From assembly GCA_015680685.1 (NCBI GenBank), contig MNCI01000693.1, positions 14,756 through 78,755 on the forward strand: a DNA stretch of 64,000 bases, in the 5' to 3' direction. The DNA is from Gnetum montanum (lineage: Eukaryota; Plantae; Gnetophyta). Below are positions 41,477-56,233 of the stretch, piece by piece. A program made the position numbers and the translations under genes. The notes below the pieces were generated by a model. It was given only the letters and a program-made list of their open reading frames with translations, did no database searches and was not told the origin of the DNA. Every line of letters begins with the position of its first letter. Within the stretch, counting starts at the first letter, position 1.

Positions 41477-44200
41477 ACACCAAAACATGAGTCTAGTAGA
41501 GATTTACACAAATCATTTCCTGTAATTTGTAAATAAATTAAAGTACTTCTAGGATTAGTTCTTTTGTTGGGAAGATCTCCTACCTTTAACTAGTTTGTGA
41601 TTATATGAGTTAACATGACAGTGTATGCACTTTAGGATCTTTAAATTGAAGGTGGCTTGGTGGAAATCTCTTGAGAAGTTTTAGAAGTAGTCACCGCTAC
41701 AGATGCTTGTGGGGGCTTAATTGGATTTTTAGATCTAAAGAAAGTCCATTTTCAAGGCTTATGCTTAGAACCACTTGAATTGTTGTCCAGTTGTAAGTTC
41801 ATAGTCCATGTGGCATTACGTTGTTGAGGCTACAATGATATCTTACCTTGCATAGGTGATGTAGGTGGTAAAGGAGTAGAGGTATGAGGTGCAAAGTTTT
41901 GTGGTGTATATTAAGGGATGTAAGTGGAAGGAGATTTGGCTTATGGTGTAGTAGGTTTGTGCTATTAAGGGGGATATTAGTAATGGGAGAGAGAAGTGTG
42001 TTTTATAGAACCACTAGGATATACAAGTTGCTAGACATAGTATCCATATGGGTCTAATTGTTGATAAGAATACTATTGCCTTGGTGATGACCTCTCCCAT
42101 AACTAGGGATTTTACCATTGATGATAGTGATCATGAGGTGGAGGTGGCATCCCACTTGGATTATACTGTTGCCAGTGAAATTACTATCGATAGTTGCCTT
42201 GTCGATAAGGTAATCTACTAGGTGGTTACCTTCTAGAAAATTTTTGATTTAAGGCATACATTCCAAATTCTTGTAAGTGTGATAGTATTAGATAACATCC
42301 CTTGGAATGTTCATATTAGCAAATGTCACATCCCTGATCTTTTATTTCAGAATTTGCAAGCTCATCAATTGCTGCAACCTTACCTTTATGCTAATAGTAG
42401 TCCTTCCTTGCATCCTTTCTTCTTCTTCTATCCTTATCTCTATTCCCCTGCTTTGTTTTTGCCTTCATAATTTTTAGGATAGTTTGGAACTTATCATTCA
42501 AAGAGTCCAACATTTTATCCATGTTAGCTTATATCTCTATGATGGATTTTTAAATTGGAAAGATTTTCCTTTGTACCACCTCCTCTAATGGTGCTTCCTC
42601 CTCAAGATTACAAAGATATACCTCCCTTTTACAAATGGAGGAGTTTCTATTATAGTTCTCTATACTTTCGCTCTTTTTCAATTCTTCTTCTTTCTTAACC
42701 ACTTGATCAATGAGCCTTTGGACCTGATGGACTCTCATTTTTAATAATCTCCCTTGGGCATAAACTCCAAGAGTCTCTTTGGTATTATTTTTGAGTCCAT
42801 CTTTGATATGGCGAAGTTGTTTCCTTTAAGAGAAATCATAGCCTAAGCATTAGCGTAGTAGAGAGTAATACCTTTCCAAGGTTGCATCAAGGGATTTGTG
42901 ATTGTCTTATTTTCACCCTTGAATTTTCTTCCTCAAGTTAAACACCTTAGAGTGCATTTGATATTTAATGTTGAGGAGCTCCAAAATTGTACTTCATTTG
43001 CAGATAGATTCTAGCTCCAAAGACTATTTCCAAGTATCAGCTTCTTTGTTGAGTGTTCTAGGGAATAGTTTGAGGCTTTGTCACTCATTCTCAATATTGT
43101 ACAAGGCACAAGCATCATGGAAGGCTTACATATGATGTTTCAAATTAGCATTGTTCCCTCTTTCAAATTTAGGAATGTTATTCATATTAAGCTATTTGAT
43201 TTAACTATCCCTTTGATGCCTGGTGGGAATATAGACTACCTTTGAGCTATTTATCATGCTTCTCATAGCAAGAAGTGGCTCATCATAGTCATCATACTCA
43301 TAATGGTCCCTCTCATGGCGATGTCTCCTATGATGCAACCTACTATGCATTCTTTCCTAATGATGTTCCTCCTCTTCTTGTCATTATTTATGCTTCCTCC
43401 TCCAATCTCTACAATGAGGTCTTCTTTCATCTCCATCTTAGCCTTGATCATCTCTCCTTTGGTTTCAGTCACATTCGCTCTTGTTAAAGCTTAATGATGA
43501 GGAGGATGGTGAGGTGGACGACTAGGAGAGTTATGCTAGCTTGTCCTCCTTCTTTGATTCCTTGGTTGTTCTTTTGGTAAAAGGCTAGGGGACCTTGGCC
43601 TTGAGGTTCCCCTAGTTTTAGGACCAATTTTCCCCTTACCGTAGTTACTTACCATGGTGGAACATAACCATTGATGAGTCATGTTATCCTCACTGAAGGG
43701 AGGAGGACCTTAGCATTAGGATCACCTTGATGCAAGTTCTGTGTCCTTCTCAAATTGTGAAGTAAATGAGATCAAGATATTTTTGTTCTTGGAGACCTCA
43801 TGGTGTGCCTTCATGAGTTTATATTTTCTGAGTTATGCTTTAGTTGGTTGGTAGTCTCGGGAGAGGTGTTCCTTCACTTGGTAGTCTAGGGCTACTGGTT
43901 CAAGCCCCAGCTTCATTAGAGTTGCCATGAACATTGAAGAAATAGCATGATCAGGAGGCAACACAACATTGTCCTCCAAGTCTCTCTAGCATAGCTATTC
44001 ATCTTGATGGAGGATGAAAGTGAAATATAGATAATAGGGAATCCATATGGGCATAGATAACCTTCAATTGTTGAGGTATCTCATTAGCATTTCTTCTAGA
44101 TCTTTCATGTGGCTTATTAGGATCATTAGTAGGTGGTGAATCAGCCTTGCAAGAAGAAGACATCTTAGTTTGCTCTTAAGAAATGTGCCTCAAGTAAAAT
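41477..44200 (-). pseudogene. Element B gag up to the protease active site, disrupted
   Basis: Colinear with the other gag copies. Ends CKSLLDSCFG at the junction with LTR C. Confidence 0.82.
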
Positions 44201-44316
44201 ATTATTACTTTTCTAAAAATTATACATTATATTCTCACAATGACTATGTATGATTTTACTATCGATAAAATACTTAGTGCACATAGAAAGAATGAAGTCC
44301 CTAGCAACAATGCTAA

Positions 44317-45178
44317 TGATGAGCAGCGGGTATTCCATACGTTTAAGCATACAAATCACAAGAGTATATGCATAATCTAGTCAAATTCTATGGACTTTTT
44401 CTACCTAAGTAATCTATGTTCTAAATAGTAAAACATGTGGTTATTGATCATTGTCTTCCTAGTCATCGCTTTTCATAACCTCATCCATATAAATAAGTGT
44501 GAGTTGTATGATATTTATATTTATAATTTTTATCTATAAAAATATTATAGAAAGAAAAATGGTTAAAATATTTAACTTTACTAATTTATAACTAAACTAC
44601 TTTAACTTGGAGAATGTTTTTCCACTTTCTATACACATCTTGAATGTATACTAACATTGCTGAGTTATCAAATAGTTATTGTTGAACATACCAAGTATTC
44701 ACTATTGGCATTTCCAAGTGTTAGTATATTATGCTCAAAATGGTTGTACTTACATTACTTATAGAATTAGATTATTAAGCACTTAAGTACAAGAAAGTAA
44801 TTTGTATGTGAAGTAAAATGCTTGGAAGTAAAGTTAAGCTAATCCAAGTGCTACAATGGAGAGAAAAAATCTTGATTTTATTTTTGTTCATGCAACTCTA
44901 TCCAGGTACATATTACACTCAAATAAACTTTTGTACAATTATCTCAATTCACATTGTGGGCACTTAGAGAGAAATTTTGGTAAGTCCTACAAAAGAAAAT
45001 AGTAAGAGTTTGGCTAAGGAAATGACCAAAGGTGTCATAGATATGGCTAGTATGATTACTTATATAAGCTTTGGGAGGATTAGCATTGACGCATATGTGC
45101 CAACCCATTCTAGGATGCATCGATGGGGTTGCATCAATGGGCATGGGTTGATGTAGCTTACTTATTGACACTTCATCA
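44317..45178 (-). repeat. Element B 5' LTR (862 bp)
   Basis: Homologous to 26841-27199 plus 32572-33071. Confidence 0.88.
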
Positions 45179-45183
45179 ACTTT

Positions 45184-47203
45184 TTATTATAATTAGTTAA
45201 TGATTTACTTCTTATCATACAAGCAGACATGGTAGAATGATAGCAACCACTTTGAACATAACATGTGTTCACTTAATAACCCAATAACATTAATGTCTAG
45301 TACACCTAGGAGCATTACATTTAACAATATTAGAAGTGAATGTATACATTCAAGAAATCTATGGTAAATGGGCCCAGACACTCGTTATGTTAGGATAAAT
45401 TTGAGATCATTTTCTTGTTCATTAGGTTAATTAAGTTTCTATATTTTAGTAATATTTTAATCATGATAAAATAACATTAATGATCATATGTCTCAATTAT
45501 ACTTAACCATATGAATTAAGACCAACAAAAGTGTAATTGGAAGACAATGATCTACGATCACACGTAATGATTTAGAAGCTCTACTAGTCTAGTCCATGGA
45601 TTATAATAAAGTCACACATGAATGTTTGTGATTTTTATGATTGAGCAATGTTCTAGATTAACATTATGACTATTAGAAACTTAACAATTTATCTCTTGAA
45701 AAAAATTATTATTCTATTAAGATGCATACGTTAACTTCAACATGTTTGCCTTCTCACAAAGAAGATTCCCCACCTACTTATAACTCTACAATGGAAAATG
45801 ACATAACTAATATAAATAGAAATGATATATCCTATCAAGTCAAAGTTATTTACTAGCATACAAATTTTTTATCTAGAATTTTCCTTCATTGTACACCAAG
45901 ATGAATAGATAAGATGGAGGAATCAAAAAGGCAATATTGTATTACCACTTGACCGAGTAACTCCATCAACATTTATGGCAGCATTGATGAAGTTATATTG
46001 AAAGTCATTGTAGCTAAATACAAAGTGATTGATGAACTCTCCAACCCTTATTAGCCCACTAAGACCCAACTTCTAAAAGACTATTTTATGAAGGCATGTC
46101 ATGAAGCAACAAAGGAAAAATGGGCTTCCATTCCATTAACTTCAAGTCTAAAAAGAAGGATACATATTATAATTCAAGAAGTTCTAATTATTAAAATTTT
46201 TCACTCTTAAATGCAAATAATATGACTAACCTATGACTACATTTAGCCTTGACAAGTAACTAATGAAAGGGAAGAACAAGACCCAATACATGAAGAACCT
46301 CTAGGTCTACATCTTCTCAAAAGCTATTAAGAGATAATCAAAGGAGTCATGGTAGGAGAGCTAGCTAGCATGGCTATTCATCTTTTTCATCATCCTCATC
46401 ATCAAGCTTTAATAAGGATGAGTGTAGGCCATAAAGAATAGGTCTATATGGATAACCTGACAATAATAATAGGAGTAAAGGTAGGAATTGTGACTATGAT
46501 CATGATAGGAATAGAGATCATGGGCATGGATGAGGAAGAAGATACAATAGACAACATAGAATGAGCCATTATCATTATAGAAACCATGATGAATGCGATG
46601 ATGATGATGAACCTCTTCTAGCAATAACAAGCATGATTACTATTAGGAATGCTATTTATATATCAACCAAGTATCAAAGGAAAAGTTGCATAAAATAGCT
46701 TGATGTGAATAACATCTATAGATTTGAGGGAGGTGACAATATGAATTGAAACATCATTTGCAAGCCTTCAACAATGCTTGCACCTTGTAAAGTATAGAGA
46801 ACGATTAGTAGGAACTAAATATATTCGTAAGGAAACTCATAAAAGAAGTAGAGATTTGAAATTAATACTTGGAACTAAAATTCATCATAAGGTGAAGTAC
46901 AATATTGGAGTTTTTTAATGACAAATACAAAATATATTCCCAAGTATCTAACTTAAGAAAGAAAATTCAAGGATAAAATTCCTTTTTACATCATTATCGA
47001 GGCCATGATTCTGCTCAAAGGGAATAACTTAGACACATCATAGATTGGCTCAAAAAAAAAAGATCTTCTCATTTATGCTTAAGGTAGACTATTATAAACA
47101 AGGATCAATTAGATTTAAAGGTTAATAGAGTAAGTAGACAATGAAGAGGATGAACATAAAAATAGAAAGAGTGCTAAGGGGTATAACATTGATCCATTGC
47201 TTT
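45184..47203 (+). mobile_element. Oldest family member F: LTR 3' part plus gag remnant, continuing at 60171-60466
   Basis: Decayed LTR end near 45650; gag motifs QDE*IRWR and DDDDEPLLA. The reading continues across element D. Confidence 0.65.
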
Positions 47204-48193
47204 TGATGAATCATTTGACATAACCCTATCGATGCAGCCTTCTCGATGCATGATTTGATGTATCGACGTAGTGTCTAGTCTTGCCTATATAAATGTGTGT
47301 GTCCATCACATTTATGGCACATTAAGTCAATCATGTATCCAAGTTCTTGTAGTTTTCTTTTGCTAGAGTTAGAATATTTTTGGAGTGCCTGTAGTAGGAC
47401 TTCAAGGATTGTATGGATCCTTATTCGAGCATCAATGTACCTAAACGCTTTAATGTGTCGGCAATAAAGATGAGATTCTTATTATTCCTTGTAACACTTA
47501 AAAATAGATTAATGTTTTCTTTCTTGCACTTTATTAATTATGAATTTTATATTCATATCCTTAGTTAATTAATACATTTAATAATAGCGCATAAGTACGA
47601 TCACCTTGAACATACTGTTAATGCTTGGTAATCCTAGTGGTGTTATGGCTTGGTTCATCTAGTAGCCTAACACTTGGTAACCTAGTAGTGTTTATAACGA
47701 GTTCAAGATGTGCATATAAGGTGGGCTTGGATGCTTATGTTAGAATAGTTATATTAAGACATTAGATAGCTAATTAGTTAATTTACAATTAATTACTTTT
47801 ATTTTTCACTTAGATTAAATGAAATAAAATATAAAATATCAATAAAAATCATGTGTCTTAGCTTACACAGAACCATATACTTGAACTCATACAAGTTAAG
47901 CCAAGAAGACAATAATCATGTTTCTAAGTGACTATCTTTGCCCATTGTACATTTAGGGGCTAAGTCCATGGAATTTGATTGGATTACTAGTGCAACGCTT
48001 GTGATTCATATGGTTGGGTGTAGGGACTACTTGTTGCTCTTCATTGGCACCATTGTCAGGGACTTAGTCTAGCTAAGTGCACTACATAAGAAAGGTAGTG
48101 AAATCATCTAAAGATGTTATAAAGAAAAATTAATGCTAAGTCATTAAGAACATAATAATAAAAAATGCATGCTATTTTTGAATAATCACTGAT

Positions 48194-51100
48194 ATGGCTT
48201 CTTCTCATAGTGAAGAATCTCCACCACCACTTATCAATGGATCCAACCAAAGGTAAGAAGGCCCAAAAGTGCAAGTGCCCCAATAGTTCTAGGTTGTCTA
48301 TACACATCCAGATCTTTACACCCTAGATTTCACCTTCATCTTGGATTAGGATGAGTAGTTGTGATGGAGGAACATGGAAGGAAACATTGTGTTGCCTCTT
48401 GATTGATCTGTTCCTATGATGCTATTGAACAATCCCATCAAGTTTGGCATTGTAGGAATTAATACGAGGTCCAAGATCACCTTTATCAGGATTATCATCC
48501 CACAGAGGCCTAATGGAAGAAAGATTGATAGATGGAAGTTTGATATGAGCCTTCAAAGAACAAAACATTTCCTAGCCACTTATTCTTAAAACCACACAAA
48601 GAGGGTCATGATTTCTTTTCAAGACAGTCCCAATATGCTAATTCTTCATCCTTATTTGATGGGGAGATCCTTAACCAATGGTTGCAATCAATTGTAAACA
48701 ACCTTGGTGATGGAAAGAATGGGTCTAAAGACCAGGGAACTTGAAAAGATGGTAGCCATAATCGATCACCCAAAGGTAAGAATAATGACAAACATCAAGA
48801 GAAGTATAAACATGGTGATCAAGGTAGAGATAGGAGAATAGGAGGTAGTAAGCATAATTATGGTGTTGATTCTCCTTCCTCTTCATCTTCATCATCATCT
48901 TCATTGTCTTCCTCCTCCAACTGTGATAAGAGAAGTAGAGGCTGGTATCGTGAAAGGAACAATAAGATCATGATGGAGATGAACAACAAGATAGGGATGA
49001 TCATAGATCCTGCTGAGACAACAGGGACCAAGGGTATGAACAACAAGGGGAAAAACATCATAGAGAATGAATGCACAACAGGACTCATCGTAGGCATCAT
49101 GGCCATGGTAGGGGCCACAAAGATGGCTATGACTATGATGAGCCTTTGATAGCTACAAGAAATATGTTGAACATTTTAGAGGCTATTAGAATTTTTACCA
49201 AGCACTTGAAGGATAGCTACATCAAATGGTTAGATATGAACAATATCCCCAAGTTCAAGGGGGATATAATTCAGATCCACAAAGTTATTTGTAAGACTTC
49301 CATGATTCCTGTGCCTTGCAAAATGTGGAAAATGAATGGAAAAAGTTGAACTATTTCCAAGGATACTCATAAAGGAAGCAAAAACCTGGTACTAGTCCTT
49401 AGAACCGAAATTTATTTTGTGATGGAGTACAATGCTGGAGCTGTTTAATGACAAATACCAAACATACTTTAGAGTGTCCAATATGTGGAGGGAAATCCAA
49501 GGCTAGAAACAAGGCACTCATGAGTCCTTAGATGTAGCCATGGGTAGGTACTACGCTTTGCTGCACTGATGCTTAGGCCATGGATACTTCCAATAGGATC
49601 AACTACACCATATTATGGATTGGCTTAGAAATAAAATAAGAAGAACCCTTGGGGAATATGCCCAAGGAAGACTTTCTAAGCTAAGGACCCATTAGATTCA
49701 AAGGCTCATTAAGTAAGTGTCCAAAGAGGAAGAAGAGCTAAAAAAATGAGAAAATGTAGAAGAGTACAACAAAGATCCTTCCATTCGCAAGAGGAAGGTC
49801 TATTTCTATGAGAATGAGGAGGAGACACCACTTGATGAAGTGGGGTAGAGGAAAACATTGTTGATTTAAAAATTTGTTACTAAAATATTGACTAAGGTTG
49901 ATAAGTTGTGGGATTCCTTGGATAATAAGTTTCAAATTTCTTTGAAGATTGCATAGGAACGTAGAAATTAAGGAGGTAGTGGTCAGGAGTGAAGGAAGAA
50001 GAAGGAGGTTGAACGAGAATATTCCAAAGATAAGGGCAAAGCTGTAGTACTAGAGGAGGTTACAGATTCAGAATTTGATGATGATGGATATGACATCTAT
50101 AAATACGAACATCCCAAGGGATGTTGCCCTGTATTTTCACACTTACAACAATCTGGGGTTTAGGGTTTAAATCCTAGATTGGCAAAACAGTAAGCACCCA
50201 AAAGGTTACCTTATCCACAACGTAACTATTGGCAATAATTCCATTAACAAGCTTACTATTTGAGTGAAGCACCACCCCAACCTCAAGAATAGTACCAATA
50301 GTGGCAATACCCATAGTCATGGTGGATGCCACCTCCAAGTTAGTAGTACTCTTATCACCAACATGATTCTTATGGGTACTACATTTAGTAGCTAGTCTTT
50401 CCACATGACTCTTCTAGTCATCCTTTCTTTCCACACCATCACTACCCTTTGAAGTACTACAAAGCGCTTTCCCTAAGAGGGAAGTTTCCATTTCCTTTCT
50501 ATCCTCCTTAACATTTTTCCACTCTTGCACCACCATCATTAACTCTTCTATCACCTACTCCATTCAAGCAGGATGAAATACCTAACTAGCCACAACAACA
50601 AAAAATTCTACAAGGGTAGTAAACTTTCAGCCAGCTCCTCAGTCAAGTGGTTCCAAATCTAAGCCTTGCAAGTTGCCATTCTTTAGAACCAACAACTTCA
50701 CAAAGCCCTCACAAACACTTGTGGCTATTAACCCTACTACCTCAGCCTCTAAAATTCCTATTGAATAGCCTTCAAACCAAAGTGATCCTCAATTATACAC
50801 TATCATGTTGACCCATGTGATCATAAATTGGATTAAGATAAGTCATCTTTCTAGGAAGAGACCTAATCCTAGGAGTCCTCTTATCTACTTACATATGATT
50901 GAAAATGAACTATGTAAGGCTCTTTTGGATTCAAGTTTTGAAGTTAACTTGATTTTTCAAAAGATGTACAAAGCCTAGAACCTGCCTCCCTTAAAAAAGA
51001 GTAACATCAGATTGGAGCTAGCAGACTAATCCATCACTGTTCCTTTGGGATTGGTGGAAGACATTGTGACCATTGTTTGTGGATGGTACTATGCTGCTAA

Positions 51101-54100
51101 TTTCTTGGTGATTCATGTGAAGAATTTTAAAGGAGACTTTTCTATTATCATGTGAAGAGCATGGCTAAGAACTATTGATGCTAGGTTGAAAATTTAAGAC
51201 CTTTCCTTGGAGATTTTCAAGGAAAATTAATTTGGAAAGATCGAAAAGAAGAGAGTTCCATGGAACACATACAACAACACAAGGTGCCATTGCATGCAAA
51301 GACTATGGACCATCAAAGGCACAACACTTCAAGCATGCAATTAGTGTGCAGGGATGATAGAAATTCAAAGATACATGTACACAATAGCCACTAAATAGGA
51401 GGGTACCTAGTGGATGATAATAGACAATGAGGCTAGATCAATAATATGCATGGAACTAGCTTAGAGCCTCACTAGCTCCTATGTTGAGAGCATGAACAAG
51501 TTCAAGTAGGTTCATCATCAACTTTCTAATGTGCAAAGTGGAATCAATTGGGGAGAGTTGAAGATCCATGAAACCTTTAAGCAAGAGACCTTTGAGTTAA
51601 AGGCTATACTTATAGGAATGGAATATGAATTTCTAAACAATGGCAAGTTGATAATCATCAATGCCACACTTGCTCCCAAAAAGAAGAGTAAATTGTTGGA
51701 AATTGTACACAAATGGCCAAAAGCCTTCACCTAGTCATATCATGAGCTAAAAGAAATTGGTCCTAGAATATGCTCCTATAGGTTTTATATAGACTCCTCC
51801 ATTAAATGAAAGAGGCAGCTGCAAAGATGCTTGAACCCAAAACTCAAGCAAATCATCAAGGAGGAGATCAAACAACTCCTCAAGGCTAGATTCATTTATA
51901 GCATTGCAAATAGCGAGTGCGTTAGCCCATTCATTATTGTACCTAAGAAAGAAGGAAAGTGGAGAGTTTGCATAGAGTTTCGGTTATTAAATATGACCAC
52001 TTACAAAGATCATTTTTCATTGTCATTTGTAGACCAAGTACTAGATACCATTGTGGGACATTATTACTAGAGCTTTCTAGATAATTATAATGGCTATAAC
52101 CAAATCTAGATTGTGCTAGAGGATCAAGCCAAGACATTATTCACAAGTCCCTTGGGGACTTTTCCATACAAAAAGATGTCCTTTGGCTTGTGCAATACAC
52201 CCACTACAATCCAACGGTTGGTCCAAAGCATCTTCCAATAGCATATTGGTAGGAGGGTAGAAGTCTTCATGGATGACTTCTCTACTTATGGGGCTACCTT
52301 TGAGCAAGCCTCAAACTAACTTAAGCAAGTGGTTCAAAGGTGTGTCCAGACAAACCTAAGGCTTAATTGGCAAAAAATCCACCAAAGAGAGAAGGAAAGT
52401 GGGGAGTTTGTCTTGGGGCATTGAACTTCAAATAAAGGGATTGAGGTAGACCCAAAAAAAGTAAGGGTCATCNNNNNNNNNNNNNNNNNNNNNNNNNNNN
52501 NNNNNNNNNNNNNNNNNNNNNNNNNNNNNNNNNNNNNNNNNNNNNNNNNNNNNNNNNNNNNNNNNNNNNNNNNNNNNNNNNNNNNNNNNNNNNNNNNNNN
52601 NNNNNNNNNNNNNNNNNNNNNNNNNNNNNNNNNNNNNNNNNNNNNNNNNNNAAAGCATTGTCGATGCACAACTAAACTACATCAGCATTGAAAAGGAGGT
52701 CATGGTAGTGGTGTATGCATTGGAGAAATTCAAGTACTATGTGCTTGGATACTAAGTTTTTATGCAAATCAATCATAGTGCGATTCAGTTTCAAATGAAC
52801 AATCCAATGGTGAGCCCCTACGTCATATGGTGGCTGGTGATCTTTTAGGAGTTTGATTTAACAACGGTTGACCAAAAGGGGACTATGAATGTGATGGATG
52901 ATCACTTGTCTCGATTAAGATGGGACATCAAAGAGGATGATAGCCCACTATCTGATCAATTTCTTGATGAACTCCTCTTTGCTAGTGTTGTTAATTCTCA
53001 AAATCCTATGAAATCAAATTGATATGATAACATCTTCTCCTATCTACTCACACAAAAGATGCCACAAGACTGGAACCACAAGAAGAAACAATAGTTTCTT
53101 TATTAGGATAAACACTTTATGGAAATTAACGACAACCTCTATAAGAGTTGTATAGATGACCTAGTATGATGGCATGTCCCTGATGTAGATTAACTTCAAG
53201 TCCTCTATGACACACATGATGAAGCTTGTGGGGGCCACTATGTCGATAGAAGAATGATTATTAAGATCCTCATGATAGGATATTATTGGCCCATAATCTT
53301 TAAGGATGCCCATCACTTCTTTTGTTCCTATGATAGATGCCAACATGATGAAGGGATGATCACATGTATGAAAGGACCATAATAGTGGATCTAACCACTA
53401 GATCCTTTCAATCTTTGGGTGATTAATTTCATGGGGCCCATCAACCCTATGTCAAATAGAAAGGCATACATCATCGTAGCTATTGATTATTACATCAAAT
53501 AAGCTAAAGCCATTTTTGTCACCAACTATTCATCATTTATGAAGGCATGATTTGTACAAAAAAATGTTATAAACAAGTTTGGTGTACCTCATACACTAAT
53601 TTTAGATAATGGAATGCATTTTAGTAGTGCCACTTTTCGAAATCTTATGCAATGCTTGGAGGTTGAACATAAATTAATAACTCCATACCACCCCCAAGCC
53701 AACGGTCAAGGTGAGGTTACCAATAGAAAAATTATGAAAATACCAACATGTACAGTTAGTAAATATAGAAAGGAATAGAGCAATAAACTCAGTGATTCTC
53801 TTTGGGCTGATCATTCAATGTGGAAACTTCTTATTGGCTATTCTCCGTATGAGTTAGTGTACAAAAAAATTCCAACTCTTCCCATTCAAGTTGAGCTCTA
53901 CACTTTCAATGACCTATGACCTTGACTTGGACCTAAGTCTAGCCCAAAGAGAAAGATTGAAGAATCTCAAAATGCTAGATGAGAATATATTTCTGGCCCT
54001 TTCATTGAATGAAGTGCACAAGGCACATAACAAACAATGCCATAACCTTAGGATAAGGAAAGTAAATTTTCAACCATGAGAAAAGGTGCTCAACTGAAAC

Positions 54101-54300
54101 CTCATATGCATGTACCTCAACATACTAAATTTCAAACGCTATGGAAGGATCCTTACATCATATATGAAATTTTCACATCTAGGGCTATGATGATATACCA
54201 TCCGAGCAGGCCAAATAAGAGATTATTAGTCAACATACAACAACTTAAACCTTTTCAAAAGACAAGAACAACCAGTGGGAATTATACCTTAATTGATGGC
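48194..54300 (+). pseudogene. Element D gag-pol (PR, RT, RNase H, integrase), many stops
   Basis: Start MASSH; ALLDSS (~50920); VSPFIIVPKK; VFMDDFS (~52263); IEKEVMVVVYALEKF; HDEACGGHY; INFMGP; LDNGMHF; TPYHPQANGQ. Confidence 0.92.
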
Positions 54301-55714
54301 CAAGCACGCTCAATCTTTTGGATCTCTCTCTTCCAAATTGGTCATGGGGGAGATGGCCATCCATGCTAACATTCTACAAGTGGCTCCTTAGTTTTTCAAG
54401 TTTTTTATTTTACATTGTTTATCATATGTTTTCTATTTTCTTGAATATTTTACAAATTCTTTTATATTTTGTTTTATTTATATTTTCTTACATGTCTTTT
54501 TCTTCTCTATTTCCATTTGAAATTTGATGCCCAACATAGTTGTTGATTAATGGTGGTTAATTAAATTCTATTACTTAAATTAATCACTTAATGATTAGAT
54601 TTCATCATTAAATTTTGACATTGATTAATGAGACATTGGTTTTCTCATGATACTAGGTAGTGAGCTTACATCATCCACCCATTCCACTAAAAACTCCATG
54701 GTGTTCTCTCATTTTGGAAGCATGAGGTTCTTTCTAATACCAATTTTGAAAGAAGTTGTGACCTTAGTACCCTTAAAACTGGGAATGAATTAAGTGAAAT
54801 TGACAAGGGTGTGAGTTTAAGGGAATTTATCATCTTTTGTACTTGCTTACTGTCTTGAGTTTTATGGGAATTCTCACCGATTCCTCACCTAATGTCAACC
54901 AATAATAGGAAGTAATGTCTTTGCATGGTGTGGTTCCCATGGGAATTCAAAGCATACACCTTAGACATGTTACCCATGCCTAAATTCATCCCTCACACTA
55001 AGGCCCTCTTCACTTCATGCTTTCCTTCTCTTCTTTATTTGGAATGGTGGGTGATCTTTGTGGATGTCCATGAGCTCTAGAAGATCAAATTGTCTCAAAG
55101 TGTGAATGCAAAGTCATTGGAAGTGGATGGTTTTGATACCAACTAAGGATGTGATGCTCCCAGATCACCTTAATCACAAACTCCATAAGGACTTCGTGTA
55201 ACCAAAATAAAGCACTCCATCCCATCCTCTCTCTCATCACCACTTCAATCCATTTGCCATATCATTGCCTATTACCATGCTCAATCAATGTGTCCATTTT
55301 TAGATGTCTTAATTCTTTGGTGATTTCTTAGGTGATTTTATTTTTAACAATCCATGGCCATTAATCATCTTTGGGGCCTACAGACTCCTTGGTATGTGGA
55401 CATGTAAGGACATTAATGACATGATCCTACTATGGGGAGGATCCACTTGCATACTCTTTGGTTTGGAAGGTTAAATTTCCTATCCCTTAGTAATTTTTCT
55501 TTCAAATCTATTAATTTCTACCTTGGAACATCCATTTTTTACGCTCCTTGGTAATCAAACTCAATCCAAATCTCCTTTTTCCAAATAAATTCCAATCCCT
55601 CTTCAATGATTTGTCCTTAATCGAGGCTTTTCTAGCTTCTTCTAGACTCCAATTTCATTGTCAAACTAGTTTCCCATACTTAATTTTTAAAGTGAAATTT
55701 TTTTCTCTATGGTT

Positions 55715-56233
55715 GTGTCAATGCATCTCCATTGACACAGCCTTATGCATTGACACATCCCCATTGACACATGGAAAAAATAGTATAAATACAAGTCATC
55801 AATTAGCCAAATTTTTACATTTTCCTCATAATGCTAGGGAAGTTTTTACATATTTATGAGCGCAAAGTACCTTCCAAGCACCATAACTTTCCAACTGCTT
55901 ATTCAAATCATCTTGTTCTTCATCCCTCAAGCTATCAAAGGTAAGCTTTACATCGTGGGGGCCATAAACCTATGGTTTATGATGGAAAAATTTTCAACAT
56001 TTTTCTAACTTTCCAAGGTTTAAATAATAAACTAACATTAAAAATCACCAATCTACACTAAGTTAAATCTCATCAACAAACTTAGGTGGATAAATGAATA
56101 AACTAATAATAAAATAAACAATATGCCATAATCACAACTAGCCAAAGTGTAACTTGTCCACATGAGAAAAGGTATTCAATGTATTAAAAGTTACACATAA
56201 AACACTAATCCTTGGCCATGTTTGTGATCATAG
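55715..56233 (+). promoter_or_regulatory. Putative internal promoter and 5'UTR intron of the extra ORF
   Basis: Decayed GTCGAC-type boxes 55716-55770, TATAAATA 55784, donor AG|GTAAGC 55941, acceptor TAG| 56233 directly before the ATG. Same spacing at 36650-36121 on the minus strand. Confidence 0.6.

Larger units (their letters stand above)
26841..45178 (-). mobile_element. Athila-like gypsy element B, hosting elements A and C
   Basis: TSD ACTTT at 26836-26840 and 45179-45183. 5' LTR 44317-45178; 3' LTR 26841-33071 split by A. Decayed PBS 44298-44316; PPT from 33072. Confidence 0.88.
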
